From contig OZ253470.1 in assembly GCA_965261735.1 (NCBI GenBank), positions 2,816,001 through 2,880,000 of the forward strand: DNA of 64,000 nucleotides, given 5' to 3'. The notes under the pieces were generated by a model that did no database searches, was not told the DNA's origin, and saw only the letters and a list, made by a program, of their open reading frames with translations. The stretch's first letter is position 1; every line of letters begins with the position of its first letter. This DNA comes from Alphaproteobacteria bacterium (lineage in GTDB: Bacteria; Pseudomonadota; Alphaproteobacteria; SHVV01). The position numbers and the translations under genes are program-made. Below are positions 9,140-21,152 of the stretch, piece by piece.

Positions 9140-10086
9140 CAGGGGCGCGCGCCTTCGTCGAAAAAGCCGGGGCCGGCCTTGGCGCGTAGCTCCTCGCCCA
9201 GGGAGTGCCCCAAAGCGGCGGCTTCGCTTCGCTGCGCGCTGCGCTCGGCCTCGTGCAGTACCGCGCCGTCGGGGCGGATGACCCTACCGCGCAACGTGAG
9301 GTAGCCGCCGGCCAAGGTCGCGTGGCCGGCGATCGGCGTACGGCACGACCCGTCGAGGGCCTCGAGCATGCCGCGCTCGGCACTCACGCAGGTCATGGCG
9401 TCCGCGTCGTTCAGCGGTGCCAGGAGGTCGTGGGTTGCGGCGTCATCGGCGCGGCACTCGATGGCGATGGCGCCCTGCGCGACGGCCGGCAGCATTACCT
9501 CCTCGTCCATTACCGCGGTGGCCCTCGCGGCGAGGCCGAGGCGGTTGAGACCGGCGAGCGCGAGCACGATGGCGTCGGCCTCGCCGGCAGCGAGCTTGTC
9601 GAGGCGGGTCTCCACGTTGCCGCGCAGCGGCTTGATCTCGAGGTCGGGCCTCGTGTGCAGGAGCTGCGCCTGGCGCCGTAGCGAGGCCGATCCGACCACC
9701 GAGCCGTCGGGAAGCGCGCCGAGCGTGGCGACCTGCGCACCGATGAAGGCGTCGCGCGCATCCTCGCGCGTGAGCACGCAGGGCACCGCAAGACCGTCGG
9801 GCAGAAGGGTTTCGAGATCCTTCATCGAGTGCACCGCGATATCGATCGCGCTGCTGAGCAGGGCTTCCTCGATCTCCTTGGAGAACAAGCCCTTGCCGCC
9901 GGCGTCGGCCAACGGGCGATCCTGGATCCGGTCGCCGCTGGTGCGGATGGTGACGATCTCTACCGCCGCATCGTCGAGATCGGCGTGGGCGGCAAGGAGG
10001 CGGGCGCGCACCTCGTTGGCCTGCACGAGCGCGAGCCGGCTGCCGCGGGTACCGAGGCGGACGCGGGCGCGAGGTTGCGGGGTCAT
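9136..10086 (-). CDS. hemC: Hydroxymethylbilane synthase
   Basis: [37 protein letters not shown] and DGSCRTPI motifs. Confidence 0.97.
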   Translation of the reverse strand: MTPQPRARVRLGTRGSRLALVQANEVRARLLAAHADLDDAAVEIVTIRTSGDRIQDRPLADAGGKGLFSKEIEEALLSSAIDIAVHSMKDLETLLPDGLAVPCVLTREDARDAFIGAQVATLGALPDGSVVGSASLRRQAQLLHTRPDLEIKPLRGNVETRLDKLAAGEADAIVLALAGLNRLGLAARATAVMDEEVMLPAVAQGAIAIECRADDAATHDLLAPLNDADAMTCVSAERGMLEALDGSCRTPIAGHATLAGGYLTLRGRVIRPDGAVLHEAERSAQRSEAAALGHSLGEELRAKAGPGFFDEGARPW

Positions 10087-10176
10087 GACGGCAATGCTAA
10101 GGGCATGGTCGGCGCGCACGGCATTAATAGCGGAATTGTCCGCCGAAAGCGTCAATTTGCGCGGGCCCCGACCCCG

Positions 10177-11226
10177 ATGCTTGTCCTCGGTATCGAAACC
10201 AGCTGCGACGAGACGGCCGCCGCCGTGGTCGATGAGGCGCGCACCGTGCACGGCGAGGCCATCGCCTCGCAGATCGCCGAGCACGGGCCTTACGGCGGCG
10301 TCGTGCCGGAGATCGCGGCGCGCGCCCACGTCGAGCATCTCGACGGACTGGTGCGCGGGGTCATGAGCCAGGCCGGGATCGGCTTCGATCGCCTCGACGC
10401 CGTCGCCGCCACCGCAGGACCGGGGCTCATCGGCGGCCTCCTGGTTGGCCTGGTCACGGCCAAGGCGATCGCGGCGGCGCGCTCCATTCCGCTGATCGCC
10501 GTCAACCACCTCGAAGCGCACGCGCTGTCGGTGCGGCTCGTGGACGAGGCCCCGTTCCCCTACCTCGCACTCCTCATCTCCGGGGGCCATTGCCAGCTCG
10601 TCAGCGTCGACGGGGTTGGCGCCTATCACCGGCTCGGTACCACGCTCGACGACGCCGTCGGCGAGGCCTTCGACAAGAGCGCGAAGATGCTGGGCCTCGG
10701 CTACCCCGGCGGGCCGGCGCTGGAGCGGGCCGCACAGGGTGGCGACGGCGCCCGCTTTGCGCTGCCGCGACCGATGCGCGGCCGCCAGGGCTGCGACTTC
10801 TCGTTCGCCGGCCTCAAGACCGCCGTGCGCCATGCCATCGCGGCGCTACCCAGTGAGCCCGCGCCACGCGACGTGGCCGACCTCGCCGCCTCCTTCCAGA
10901 CCGCGGTCGGCGATGTGCTGTGCGACCGCGCCGCCAACGCGTTCGCCCTGTATCGCGCGGCGCACGGCGGCGTGGATGCCGACGAGCTCTTCGTCGTCGC
11001 CGGCGGCGTCGCCGCCAACGCCTACTTGCGAACCCGCATCAAAGCGCTCGTGGCCGAGCACGGGTTCCGGCTCGCGGTGCCGCCCGCGGCGCTGTGTACC
11101 GACAACGCCGCCATGGTCGCGTGGGCCGGGGTCGAGCGATTCGCGCACGGCCTCACCGATCCCCTCGACGTGCCCGCGCGGGCGCGCTGGCCGCTCGGCG
11201 CAGGCGGCGCCCCCCCGACACCTTGA
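10177..11226 (+). CDS. tsaD: tRNA N6-threonylcarbamoyladenosine transferase TsaD
   Basis: [42 protein letters not shown] and CTDNAAMVA motifs. Confidence 0.97.
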   Translation: MLVLGIETSCDETAAAVVDEARTVHGEAIASQIAEHGPYGGVVPEIAARAHVEHLDGLVRGVMSQAGIGFDRLDAVAATAGPGLIGGLLVGLVTAKAIAAARSIPLIAVNHLEAHALSVRLVDEAPFPYLALLISGGHCQLVSVDGVGAYHRLGTTLDDAVGEAFDKSAKMLGLGYPGGPALERAAQGGDGARFALPRPMRGRQGCDFSFAGLKTAVRHAIAALPSEPAPRDVADLAASFQTAVGDVLCDRAANAFALYRAAHGGVDADELFVVAGGVAANAYLRTRIKALVAEHGFRLAVPPAALCTDNAAMVAWAGVERFAHGLTDPLDVPARARWPLGAGGAPPTP

Positions 11227-11235
11227 CCGCGCGCC

Positions 11236-12147
11236 TCAGCGGGCGCTCAGGAGGTCGCTAACGAAACCGCGGTGAAAGGCCGCGTAGCCCGGGGTTACGA
11301 CCGCGAGGTATGCGCGCAGATCGCGGTGCAGGGCCGGCAATGCGTGGAAGGGGACGGAGGGAAAGCTGTGATGCTCGGCGTGGTAGGACATGTTCCAGCC
11401 GAGGAGGCGCACGAGCGGGTGCGTGAGCGTGGTGCGGCTGTTGGCGAGCATGTCGGGGCCTTGCGCACAGCCGCTGTGCTCGGCGAGGAGGAAGGCACGC
11501 AAGAAGGGCTGGCCGGCGAGCGCGGGCACGATCCAGTAGAGAAGCACCTCGGGCCACCAGCCGCCGACAACTGCCCACGCACCGAGCACGGCATAACCCA
11601 CACACAAGGCGCGCGCCTCGGCGACAACGCGCGGCGCGGCGCGGGCCGGCACGAACGGGTGCGCGACGCGACCCCGGGTCTGGTGCCAGGTCGTGACGAG
11701 GCGCTCGCCCCACAGCGGCAAGCCGGTGAGGTGAAGGAGATAGGCGGCCAACGTCGCCGGCTTCGGCGCGGCGAGTTCGGGATCGCGGGCACCGTCCTGG
11801 GTGTGCCGGTGGTGATCGAAATGGAAGTGGCGGAAATAGGTTGGAGGCAGCACCACCAGCGCGCCCACGGCCCAAGCCACGGCGTGGTTGAACCAGCGGC
11901 TGCGAAAGGCGGTCATGTGGATCGACTCGTGCAGCCCCGCGAACAGGAACATCAGCACCGCCCCATAGGCCACGACCGCCGGAGCCACCCACACGGTACC
12001 GCGCGCCGCCGCCAGCAGCGCTGCCGTCGCCGCCAGCAGCGCAAGGTGCCGGCCGAGCCGCGCCAGCCCCCTCGCGTCCGAGCGCACGCCGAGTTCAGCC
12101 AAGCGCTCGCGCGCCACGAGATCGCCGCGCCCCGGCAAGTCGTCCAT
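11236..12147 (-). CDS. Fatty-acid desaturase family (MocD-like) membrane di-iron enzyme
   Basis: His boxes HESIH, HFDHHRH, AEH and YHAEHHSFP. Confidence 0.88.
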   Translation of the reverse strand: MDDLPGRGDLVARERLAELGVRSDARGLARLGRHLALLAATAALLAAARGTVWVAPAVVAYGAVLMFLFAGLHESIHMTAFRSRWFNHAVAWAVGALVVLPPTYFRHFHFDHHRHTQDGARDPELAAPKPATLAAYLLHLTGLPLWGERLVTTWHQTRGRVAHPFVPARAAPRVVAEARALCVGYAVLGAWAVVGGWWPEVLLYWIVPALAGQPFLRAFLLAEHSGCAQGPDMLANSRTTLTHPLVRLLGWNMSYHAEHHSFPSVPFHALPALHRDLRAYLAVVTPGYAAFHRGFVSDLLSAR

Positions 12148-12218
12148 GGCGCGATTATACGCCACCCCGGCAGCCGGGTTGCCAGCATCGCGCGGCGCGG
12201 TCATAAGGGATGGCTGTT

Positions 12219-13220
12219 ATGGCGAAGATTGGCATCATCGGCGGCGGCGCGTGGGGGACGGCGCTTGCCGTCGTCGCGCGGGGCAACGGCCACGTGGTGA
12301 CGCTGTGGGCGCGCGAGCCCGAGGTCGTGGCGGCCATCAATGGCGGCCACGAGAACGCGACCTTCCTGCCCGGCGTGGCGCTCGACCCGGCCATTCGCGC
12401 GACCGAGGCGCTCGCCGAGGCGAGCGAGGCCGACGCGGTGCTGCTCGCGGTGCCGGCGCAACATGTACGCGCCGTGCTCGCGCGCCTGGCGCCGGACTTG
12501 CCGGCCGGGCGCCCTGTCGTTATCTGCGCCAAGGGCATCGAGAGCGACACGGGCGCGCTCATGAGCGAGGTCGTGCACGCCGTGATGCCGGCGGCACCGC
12601 TCGCGGTCATCTCGGGGCCGACCTTCGCGGCCGAGGTCGCGCGCGGGCTGCCGACGGCGGTGACGCTCGCGTGTGCGGATACGGCGCTCGGCCCGGATCT
12701 GGTGCGCCTGCTGGGGGGGCGCACGCTGCGCCCCTACCTGAGCGGCGACGTCATCGGCGCGCAGGTCGGCGGCGCCGTCAAGAACGTGCTCGCCATCGCC
12801 TGCGGCATCGTCGCCGGCCGCGCGCTCGGCGACAACGCGCGCGCGGCGTTGCTAACCCGCGGGCTGGCCGAGATCCTGAGGCTCGGGGTCGCGCTCGGCG
12901 CGCGGGCCGAGACGCTGATGGGGCTCTCCGGGCTCGGCGATTTGGTGCTCACCTGCACGAGCCGGCAGTCGCGCAACCTCTCGCTCGGCGTCGCCCTCGC
13001 CGAGGGCGCGCGGCTTGGCGATTATCTGGCGCAGCGCAAGTCGGTGGCCGAGGGCGCCTACACGGCCGCGGCCGTCGTTGCGCTCGCGCGCCGGCACGCG
13101 ATCGACATGCCGATCGTCGCGGCGGTCGAGGCGATTCTGCACCGCGGCGCCGCGATCGAGACCACCATCGGCGACCTGCTGGCGCGCCCCTTCAAGACGG
13201 AGGTGGACGCGCCCGGCTAG
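12219..13220 (+). CDS. gpsA: NAD(P)H-dependent glycerol-3-phosphate dehydrogenase
   Basis: GGGAWGTALA, KGIE, SGPTFAAEVA, KNVLAIA and GLGDLVLTC..QSRN motifs. Confidence 0.97.
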   Translation: MAKIGIIGGGAWGTALAVVARGNGHVVTLWAREPEVVAAINGGHENATFLPGVALDPAIRATEALAEASEADAVLLAVPAQHVRAVLARLAPDLPAGRPVVICAKGIESDTGALMSEVVHAVMPAAPLAVISGPTFAAEVARGLPTAVTLACADTALGPDLVRLLGGRTLRPYLSGDVIGAQVGGAVKNVLAIACGIVAGRALGDNARAALLTRGLAEILRLGVALGARAETLMGLSGLGDLVLTCTSRQSRNLSLGVALAEGARLGDYLAQRKSVAEGAYTAAAVVALARRHAIDMPIVAAVEAILHRGAAIETTIGDLLARPFKTEVDAPG

Positions 13221-13289
13221 GGCTTGCAGTTTATTTGCGGCGCCCCATCCGATATGGTGCGCCCGCACCAAAAGCCGGAGGCACGCCTC

Positions 13290-13586
13290 GTGTACTTCAT
13301 CATCGTCAACACCGACAAGCCGGGGCAGAACGCACTGCGCTTGGCGACGCGGCCGGCCCAGCACGCGTATCTCGACGGCTTCGCCGAGCGCATCCCCTTC
13401 GCCGGGCCGACGGTGACCGAGGACGGCGGCCAGTCGACGGGCAACCTGATCGTGTTTGAGGCCGATAGCTACGCCGAGGCCGAGGCTTTCGCCCGCGGCG
13501 ATCCCTACGTCCAGGCCGGCCTGTTCGATACCACCTGTATCCGGCCCTGGAAGTGCACTTTCGGCACGTTGATGGAACAAACCTGA
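13290..13586 (+). CDS. YciI family protein
   Basis: DKPG..LRLATRPA, AGP, 'DPYVQAGLF'; conserved position after gpsA. Confidence 0.88.
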   Translation: MYFIIVNTDKPGQNALRLATRPAQHAYLDGFAERIPFAGPTVTEDGGQSTGNLIVFEADSYAEAEAFARGDPYVQAGLFDTTCIRPWKCTFGTLMEQT

Positions 13587-13999
13587 TGCCACACTGGTTG
13601 ATGAAGAGCGAGCCCGGCACCTGGTCATGGGACGATCACGTCAAGGCCGGCACCGCCGAGTGGGACGGCGTGCGCAACTTCCAGGCGGCGGCCAACCTCA
13701 AGGCGATGAAGCGGAGTGACCGCTGCTTCTTCTATCACTCGGGCGCGACCAAGGAGATCGTCGGCATCGTCGAGGTCGCGAAGGAGTATTACCCCGACCC
13801 GAGCGATGCGTCGGGGCGCTTCGGCATGGTCGACGTCAAGGCGCTGGCGCCGCTCGGCACGCCCGTCTCGCTCGCCGCGATCAAGGCCGAGCCGCGCCTC
13901 GCCGAGCTCGCGCTGGTGCGCCACTCGCGGCTATCGGTGATGCCCATCGACGATGCATCGTGGAAGCTGATTTGCGAGATGGGCGAGACCAAGCCGTGA
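13586..13999 (+). CDS. EVE domain protein
   Basis: HWLMKSEP..WSWDD, WDGVRNFQA, FFYHS and SRLSV motifs. Confidence 0.93.
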   Translation: MPHWLMKSEPGTWSWDDHVKAGTAEWDGVRNFQAAANLKAMKRSDRCFFYHSGATKEIVGIVEVAKEYYPDPSDASGRFGMVDVKALAPLGTPVSLAAIKAEPRLAELALVRHSRLSVMPIDDASWKLICEMGETKP

Positions 14000-14394
14000 G
14001 CGACACTGCGCCGGAGGCGCCAGCGCCGCCCGCGCCCGTGCCGCCGAGCCCGCCACAGGCCGGCGTCGAGCTGTGCCGGGCGGCCGACATCGCGGACGGC
14101 GGCACCCGCGCCTTCGAGTTCGGCGAGCCCGGGCGGCGCTTCAAGATGTTCGTTGTGCGCCGCGCCGATCGGCTTTACGCCTATGCCAACGACTGCCCCC
14201 ACATTCGCGGGGCGCTCGATTGGCCGCCGGGCGACTTTCTCACTCCCGACGGCAGCCTGATCGTGTGCGCCATGCACGGCGCGTTGTTCGAGATCGAGGA
14301 CGGCTATTGCATCGCCGGCCCGTGCCACCGGGACTCGCTGACGGCGGTCCCGGTTCGGGTGGTCGACGGCATGGTGGTCGTCGCCGGCGGCTAG
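13996..14394 (+). CDS. Rieske [2Fe-2S] ferredoxin
   Basis: CPH...CAMHGALF ligands and CIAGPC. Confidence 0.9.
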   Translation: MSDTAPEAPAPPAPVPPSPPQAGVELCRAADIADGGTRAFEFGEPGRRFKMFVVRRADRLYAYANDCPHIRGALDWPPGDFLTPDGSLIVCAMHGALFEIEDGYCIAGPCHRDSLTAVPVRVVDGMVVVAGG

Positions 14395-14401
14395 GCACCC
14401 C

Positions 14402-14788
14402 ATGTTCCCGCCCTCGGCGCCGGCGCCCGGCACGCGACTGTGCCGCCTCGAGGACATCGCCGACGGCGGCACGCGCGACTTCTCATTCGGCGAGGGCCAC
14501 GAGGCCTTCCCCCTGTTCATCGTGCGCCGCGGTGGCGCGGTCTACGGCTACGTCAACGTCTGCCCTCATCGCTGGCTGCCGCTCGACTGGAAGCCGGGCG
14601 AGTTCCTGACCCACGACGGTAAGTACATCTTCTGCGCCAACCACGCCGCCATCTTCCGCATCGAGGACGGCCAGTGCGTCGGCGGCCCGTGCGCGGGCGC
14701 GCGGCTGATGCCGGTTAATCTCCGCATCGGCGACGGCGAAGTGGCGATGGGCCCGTGGCCTACCAAGCCGCCGCAACCGCTGCCCTAG
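14402..14788 (+). CDS. Rieske [2Fe-2S] ferredoxin (tandem paralog)
   Basis: CPH...CANHAAIF ligands and CVGGPC. Confidence 0.9.
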   Translation: MFPPSAPAPGTRLCRLEDIADGGTRDFSFGEGHEAFPLFIVRRGGAVYGYVNVCPHRWLPLDWKPGEFLTHDGKYIFCANHAAIFRIEDGQCVGGPCAGARLMPVNLRIGDGEVAMGPWPTKPPQPLP

Positions 14789-14801
14789 CGCGGCGCTTGC
14801 C

Positions 14802-15683
14802 TTAGCTCGCGTCCTTGGCGCAGCGGAAGCCGATGTGGCGGTGGCCGCGCCGCGGGTTGCGCGAGAACCCGTCTCGGAAATAGGCGGTGAGCTTATCGGC
14901 GGCGACGTCGAAGACGTGGTCGCCGCCGCGCGTCACCCGCTCGCCGCGGGCCCTCGGGTCCTCGCGCCCGTCGCCCGCTTCGTAGGGGTAGGGCCGAAAC
15001 AGGCTCGCCGTCCATTCGGCGAGGTTGCCCGCGAGATCGTGGATGCCTTGGGGGGTCGCGCCGTTCGGGTGGCTGCCCACCGCATCGGTCTCACCGCTCG
15101 CGCGGCCGAACACCGCGAGCACGGGCGTCGGCGCGGACTCGCCCCAAGGGTGGGTGCGCCCCACCGTGCCGCGGGCAGCCGCCTCCCATTCCGCCTCGGT
15201 CGGCAGCCGGGCACCGCGCCAGCCGCAATAGGCGGCGGCGCCGATCCATGTCGTCTCAGGCACCGGGCGGCTCTCGAACGCAGGCCGGCTCGCGAAGCGG
15301 CCCCCGACAATGCCGATGCGGGCATCCGAATCGTCGAGCTCGATGAAGGCGTTGTCGTTGCCCGGGCCACCCCACACGCGGTCGGCGTCGGGCCCGGCCA
15401 CGTCGTCGGGCCGCAGCGCGCCCGCGGCCACGTCGCGCACGGCCCTGATGTCGAGCGTGTTGAGGAAAGCCGCGAACTGGCCGTTCGTCACCTCGAAGAC
15501 GTCGATCTGAAAGGGCTCGAGCGTCACGGTGTGCGCGGGCCTGGCGCTTTCGGCGCCGGCCACCGAGCCCATCGCGTAGGTGCCGCCCTCGATCGTGACC
15601 ATGTAGGCGACCTGCGCCGACGAACCATGCGCGCAGAGGCACGCCACCGCGGCGGTTGCCAGTGCTGTCACTCTCGTTACCAA
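14802..15683 (-). CDS. Exported formylglycine-generating enzyme (SUMF1/FGE-sulfatase) fold protein; start uncertain
   Basis: Signal-peptide-like N-terminus, EVTNGQF, RLPTEAEWEAAARG, DLAGNLAEW and IGFRCAKD. Only the C-terminal ~290 aa of the 1076-aa track ORF is credible. Confidence 0.85.
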   Translation of the reverse strand: MVTRVTALATAAVACLCAHGSSAQVAYMVTIEGGTYAMGSVAGAESARPAHTVTLEPFQIDVFEVTNGQFAAFLNTLDIRAVRDVAAGALRPDDVAGPDADRVWGGPGNDNAFIELDDSDARIGIVGGRFASRPAFESRPVPETTWIGAAAYCGWRGARLPTEAEWEAAARGTVGRTHPWGESAPTPVLAVFGRASGETDAVGSHPNGATPQGIHDLAGNLAEWTASLFRPYPYEAGDGREDPRARGERVTRGGDHVFDVAADKLTAYFRDGFSRNPRRGHRHIGFRCAKDAS

Positions 15684-15857
15684 CCCCGGGTCGCCTCGTA
15701 CTTTTCGCCATCCGACGCGCCAAGCTTGCCATAGGCGCGCGCGTACATACAGGGGCGACGGTGCCGGCCCGCGCGGGCCTTGCCGTCGCGCGGGGATTGA
15801 ATCAATAATCGACGCAACCGCGCCGGCCGCGCAGGCGGCGCGCCGGAGACTGGGGAG

Positions 15858-17966
<2,109 letters not shown>

Positions 17967-18004
17967 GGCAAGGCGCCGCGCGCCCTCCCGAAAGGAGCAG
18001 TGCA

Positions 18005-18333
18005 ATGAGGCAAGTGCCTCTAACCATAGCAATCCTACTCGCCGGCATGGGCGCGGCGGCGCCCGTGCTCGCGCAGCCGAGAGGCGACGAGTACTGGCCG
18101 CACATGATGTGGGGAGGCGGCTGGATGCTCTTCGGGCCCTTGTTCATGATCTTCGTCATCGCTGCCGTCGTCGTCGGGGTCGTGCTCCTCGTGCGCTGGC
18201 TGGGGGGGGCCGGGCCAGGGCGGGCTGCCAACACAGGCGCCGCGTAAGTCGCCGCTCGATATCCTCAAGGAGCGGTTCGCGCGCGGCGAAATCGACAAGG
18301 AGGAGTTCGAGGAGCGGCGTCCTCGAAGAGTAG
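18005..18333 (+). pseudogene. SHOCT-domain membrane protein, frameshifted
   Basis: Signal peptide, 'HMMWGGG' and a TM helix. The SHOCT motif KSPLDILKERFARGEIDKEEFEERR lies in the +1 frame after a G8 run (18202-18209); the expected VLEE* tail is in a third frame. Confidence 0.75.
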
Positions 18334-18352
18334 GCCTCGGAACGGTCGCCGG

Positions 18353-19432
18353 TTAGCCGAGAACAGACGCGAGCGCCGCGCGGGCGGCTTCCGGCGGTAG
18401 GTGGTGGGCGGCAAGATTCGGAGCAACCACCTCGAGCACGCGCTCGACGTCGCCAATTTCCTTGAAGCGCTTGAGCTTGTCTTCATGGGGAAAGCCGAGG
18501 GCATCGCCGACGATCGTGTAGACGCTCTTGACCTCGACGCCCCTGCGGTGCTCCTCGCCGCAGAGCTCGCGCTGGCACGAATGGTACAGGGTGGCGACGA
18601 TGTCGCAGGCGGCGCCGGTCGCGGCCGCGAAGAGCTCATCGATAATCTCGGCATGGCGATCGGGCGTCGCATTGGTCATCGCCCGTGCCGTGCAATAGGC
18701 GCCGAGCTCGCGGTATTGCGGCAAATTAACCACCTCAACCCCCGGTATCGCGCGCAGGATGTCGGTGCAGACCTCGCCGTGGCGATCCTGGTGGTGCGAC
18801 GAGCCGGCGTGGCGGTGCAGGCCGATGCGCTTGGCAAAGTTGCCGCGGATCGGGAGATCGGCAAGGCGCGCGTGCAGGAACTCATAGAACTGCACCATCT
18901 CGAAGGGGACCTCGGTCGTCTTCGAGACCACGTTCTCGTACTGGTAGTTGCAGTTGGGGCAGATGGTCACCACGTTGTGGGGCCGGAAGCGCGCGATCTT
19001 GGCGGTCGAGGAATCCGACAGCTTTTCGGAGACGTCGTAGTCCTCACCCAGATGATGGACGATGCCGCAGCAGTTGGCGGGCCCGCCGAGGGTAACGAAA
19101 TCGACCCCCATGGCGTTCAATGTGTCGACGACCGAGAGGATGAGGTGGGGGGTCTTGAGCGCATTGCAGCCGAGAAAGAGGACCGTGTCGCGCGGCTCCG
19201 GCTCGGCCGGCACCTGGGTCAGCCAGGGAATCTCGTCCGGCATCATTTGCAGGGCCGCCAGCACGTTGGCCTGGTCGAAGTAGCTCTTGTAGGAGAACGC
19301 CGGGCTCGCGAACGCCGAGCGCATGCCCTTCCAGTCCGAGCCCTCATAAAACGCGTGGCGGGCGTCCTCGGCGCAGGGCGCTTGGTTCTCGGATACAGTG
19401 GCGTTCGCCGTTCCGGTGGGGTCGCTCGACAT
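18353..19432 (-). CDS. CCG-domain (heterodisulfide-reductase/GlcF-like) Fe-S protein
   Basis: FLGC, GGPANCCG, ICPNC and YHSC cysteine motifs. Confidence 0.75.
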   Translation of the reverse strand: MSSDPTGTANATVSENQAPCAEDARHAFYEGSDWKGMRSAFASPAFSYKSYFDQANVLAALQMMPDEIPWLTQVPAEPEPRDTVLFLGCNALKTPHLILSVVDTLNAMGVDFVTLGGPANCCGIVHHLGEDYDVSEKLSDSSTAKIARFRPHNVVTICPNCNYQYENVVSKTTEVPFEMVQFYEFLHARLADLPIRGNFAKRIGLHRHAGSSHHQDRHGEVCTDILRAIPGVEVVNLPQYRELGAYCTARAMTNATPDRHAEIIDELFAAATGAACDIVATLYHSCQRELCGEEHRRGVEVKSVYTIVGDALGFPHEDKLKRFKEIGDVERVLEVVAPNLAAHHLPPEAARAALASVLG

Positions 19433-19595
19433 CGCCTCTCCTCGACCGACTTCGCCCGTCTGGTCAATACGGGGCCGCGAGTATAGCTCGCTTTGGCACC
19501 GCCGCGAGGGGCGACGATACACGGCCCGCCTCGCCGCCGGCGGCCGGCTTACCGTCGGTGGTCGCGGGCCATGCGGCGGGGTATCGTGCGCGTCC

Positions 19596-20336
19596 ATGAC
19601 GCCGCCCGCCGAAGTCCTCGCGCCCAGCCTGGCGTTCATCATCGCCGTGGCCGTCGTCGGCGGCCTCATGCGCGGCTTCGCCGGGTTCGGCTCGGCGCTG
19701 GTGATGTCGCCGCTCATCAGCATCATCATCGGCCCGGCCCAGACCGTGGCCATGCTCATGATCACCGAGGTGCTGGTGAGCGCCCAGCTCCTGCCGCGGG
19801 CGCTGCGCAGCACCGACTGGCGGCTGATCGGCCTGCTGTGCGCGGCCGCCGCCGTCACCCTGCCGTTCGGCGCCTACGTGCTGGTCCACGTCGACCCCGA
19901 GGGCCTACGCCGCGGCATCGGGCTCGTGGTCCTGGTGTGGGCGCTGGCGATGTTCGTGGGCGTCCGCTACGCGGGCCGGCTGTCGGCGCGGGCAACGCTC
20001 GCCATCGGCGGCGCGAGCGGCGCGCTGATGGGCGCGACCAGCCTGGGCGGCCCGCCAGTGCTGCTCTACCTCCTGTCGACCCCGGCGCGCGCCGAGAGCA
20101 ACCGCGCCAACATCATCACCTATTTCGCGCTGACCAGCGTCTACCTGATCGTCGTCCTGATGGTGAGCGGCGTCTACACGCAAGCGACGCTGTGGCGGGC
20201 CGGCCTGGTCGCGCCATTCTTCCTCGGCGCAGCTTGGCTCGGCAGCCGCTTCTTCGGGCGCTCGAGCGAGGCGCTGTACCGCCGCGTCGCGCTCCTCTTC
20301 CTACTCGCCGTCGGCGGCGTGGCGCTGCTCGCCTGA
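19596..20336 (+). CDS. TauE/SafE family (sulfite exporter-like) membrane protein
   Basis: GLMRGFAGFGSAL and GATSLGGPP motifs; about 8 TM helices. Confidence 0.9.
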   Translation: MTPPAEVLAPSLAFIIAVAVVGGLMRGFAGFGSALVMSPLISIIIGPAQTVAMLMITEVLVSAQLLPRALRSTDWRLIGLLCAAAAVTLPFGAYVLVHVDPEGLRRGIGLVVLVWALAMFVGVRYAGRLSARATLAIGGASGALMGATSLGGPPVLLYLLSTPARAESNRANIITYFALTSVYLIVVLMVSGVYTQATLWRAGLVAPFFLGAAWLGSRFFGRSSEALYRRVALLFLLAVGGVALLA

Positions 20337-20855
20337 ACGCGATGCACCCGGCGCTCCGGGCGCCCCGGGCGCCCCGGGCGCATCGCACCATCCCGCTCGG
20401 GTGCCGCCGTCGTAGGGCCGCGCGAGGCCCGCCGCGAGCAACGCATCGCTGAGGTTCACGCCCTCGGCGCTGGCCCGCGCCACTACCCGGCCGGCGTATT
20501 TGCCGTAGCGGATGTGGCGCAGCGTGAGGCCACCCGGCACGGTCAGCCGGGCCAGCAGTGCGCGTGCCTCGCGCGCTAGCGTGCGCTCCCGCGTACACGC
20601 GCCGCGCATCTCCGGGGCGTCGACGCCATCGAGCCGGACCCGGACGTGCACCTCCTGGCCGAGCCAGATGCGCGCCACAACGTCGATGGTGTCGCCGTCG
20701 ATGATATCGATAACGCGCGCCGGTACGGGCCCGGCCAATACTTCGCCTGCCACCGCCGGCCGCGGCCACCCCGCCGGTATCGAGGCCGAAAGCGCCAACA
20801 ACGTGACGGCCAGCAACAACCTGTGATGCCGCGACGTCAATGTTCTGTTTACCAT
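20301..20855 (-). CDS. Thermonuclease (SNase-like) family exported nuclease
   Basis: Signal-like N-terminus, IDGDTI, VRLDGVDAPE, GKYAGRVVA and LLAAGLARPYDGG motifs. Confidence 0.88.
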   Translation of the reverse strand: MVNRTLTSRHHRLLLAVTLLALSASIPAGWPRPAVAGEVLAGPVPARVIDIIDGDTIDVVARIWLGQEVHVRVRLDGVDAPEMRGACTRERTLAREARALLARLTVPGGLTLRHIRYGKYAGRVVARASAEGVNLSDALLAAGLARPYDGGTRAGWCDAPGAPGAPGAPGASRSGEQRHAADGE

Positions 20856-20930
20856 AGGTTGCAAAAGCTCAGACACCAAAGCGCTCGCCCAACCGGTCGG
20901 GCAAAGTCCCTCAGTGTCTCATCGACCTAT

Positions 20931-20945
20931 GAACAAATCAAGAAC
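20931..20945. promoter_or_regulatory. Alphaproteobacterial LexA (SOS) box
   Basis: GAAC-AAATCAA-GAAC is an exact GAAC-N7-GAAC, about 75 bp upstream of the nuclease start. Confidence 0.7.
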
Positions 20946-20978
20946 GAATATCGTCGGCGGTAGGGCGCCCGCCGGGCG

Positions 20979-21152
20979 TCAGAAGTCGGTCGCCAGGCCT
21001 TTGCGCTCCCAGTCGCCGTAGCGCGTCGGTTCCAGGCCCTTGGGGCCGCCGATTTCCGTTGGCTTGGGCGGCGCCTCGGGTTTCTCGGGCGCCGCCTTGC
21101 CGCGCTTGTCGGTGGGCTGTGGATCCGGCGATCCGGTGTCTTTGTCGGTCAC
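20979..21152 (-). CDS. DUF1674 protein (SDHAF4/Sdh8-like)
   Basis: EIGGPKGLEPTRYGDWERKG...DF C-terminus. Confidence 0.9.
   Translation of the reverse strand: MTDKDTGSPDPQPTDKRGKAAPEKPEAPPKPTEIGGPKGLEPTRYGDWERKGLATDF

Noticed and set aside
20348-20381. 9-bp tandem repeat (GCGCCCCGG-like, about 3.5 units) at the nuclease 3' end
   Set aside because: Short GC-rich microrepeat encoding APG; no spacers, so not CRISPR, and no evident function.
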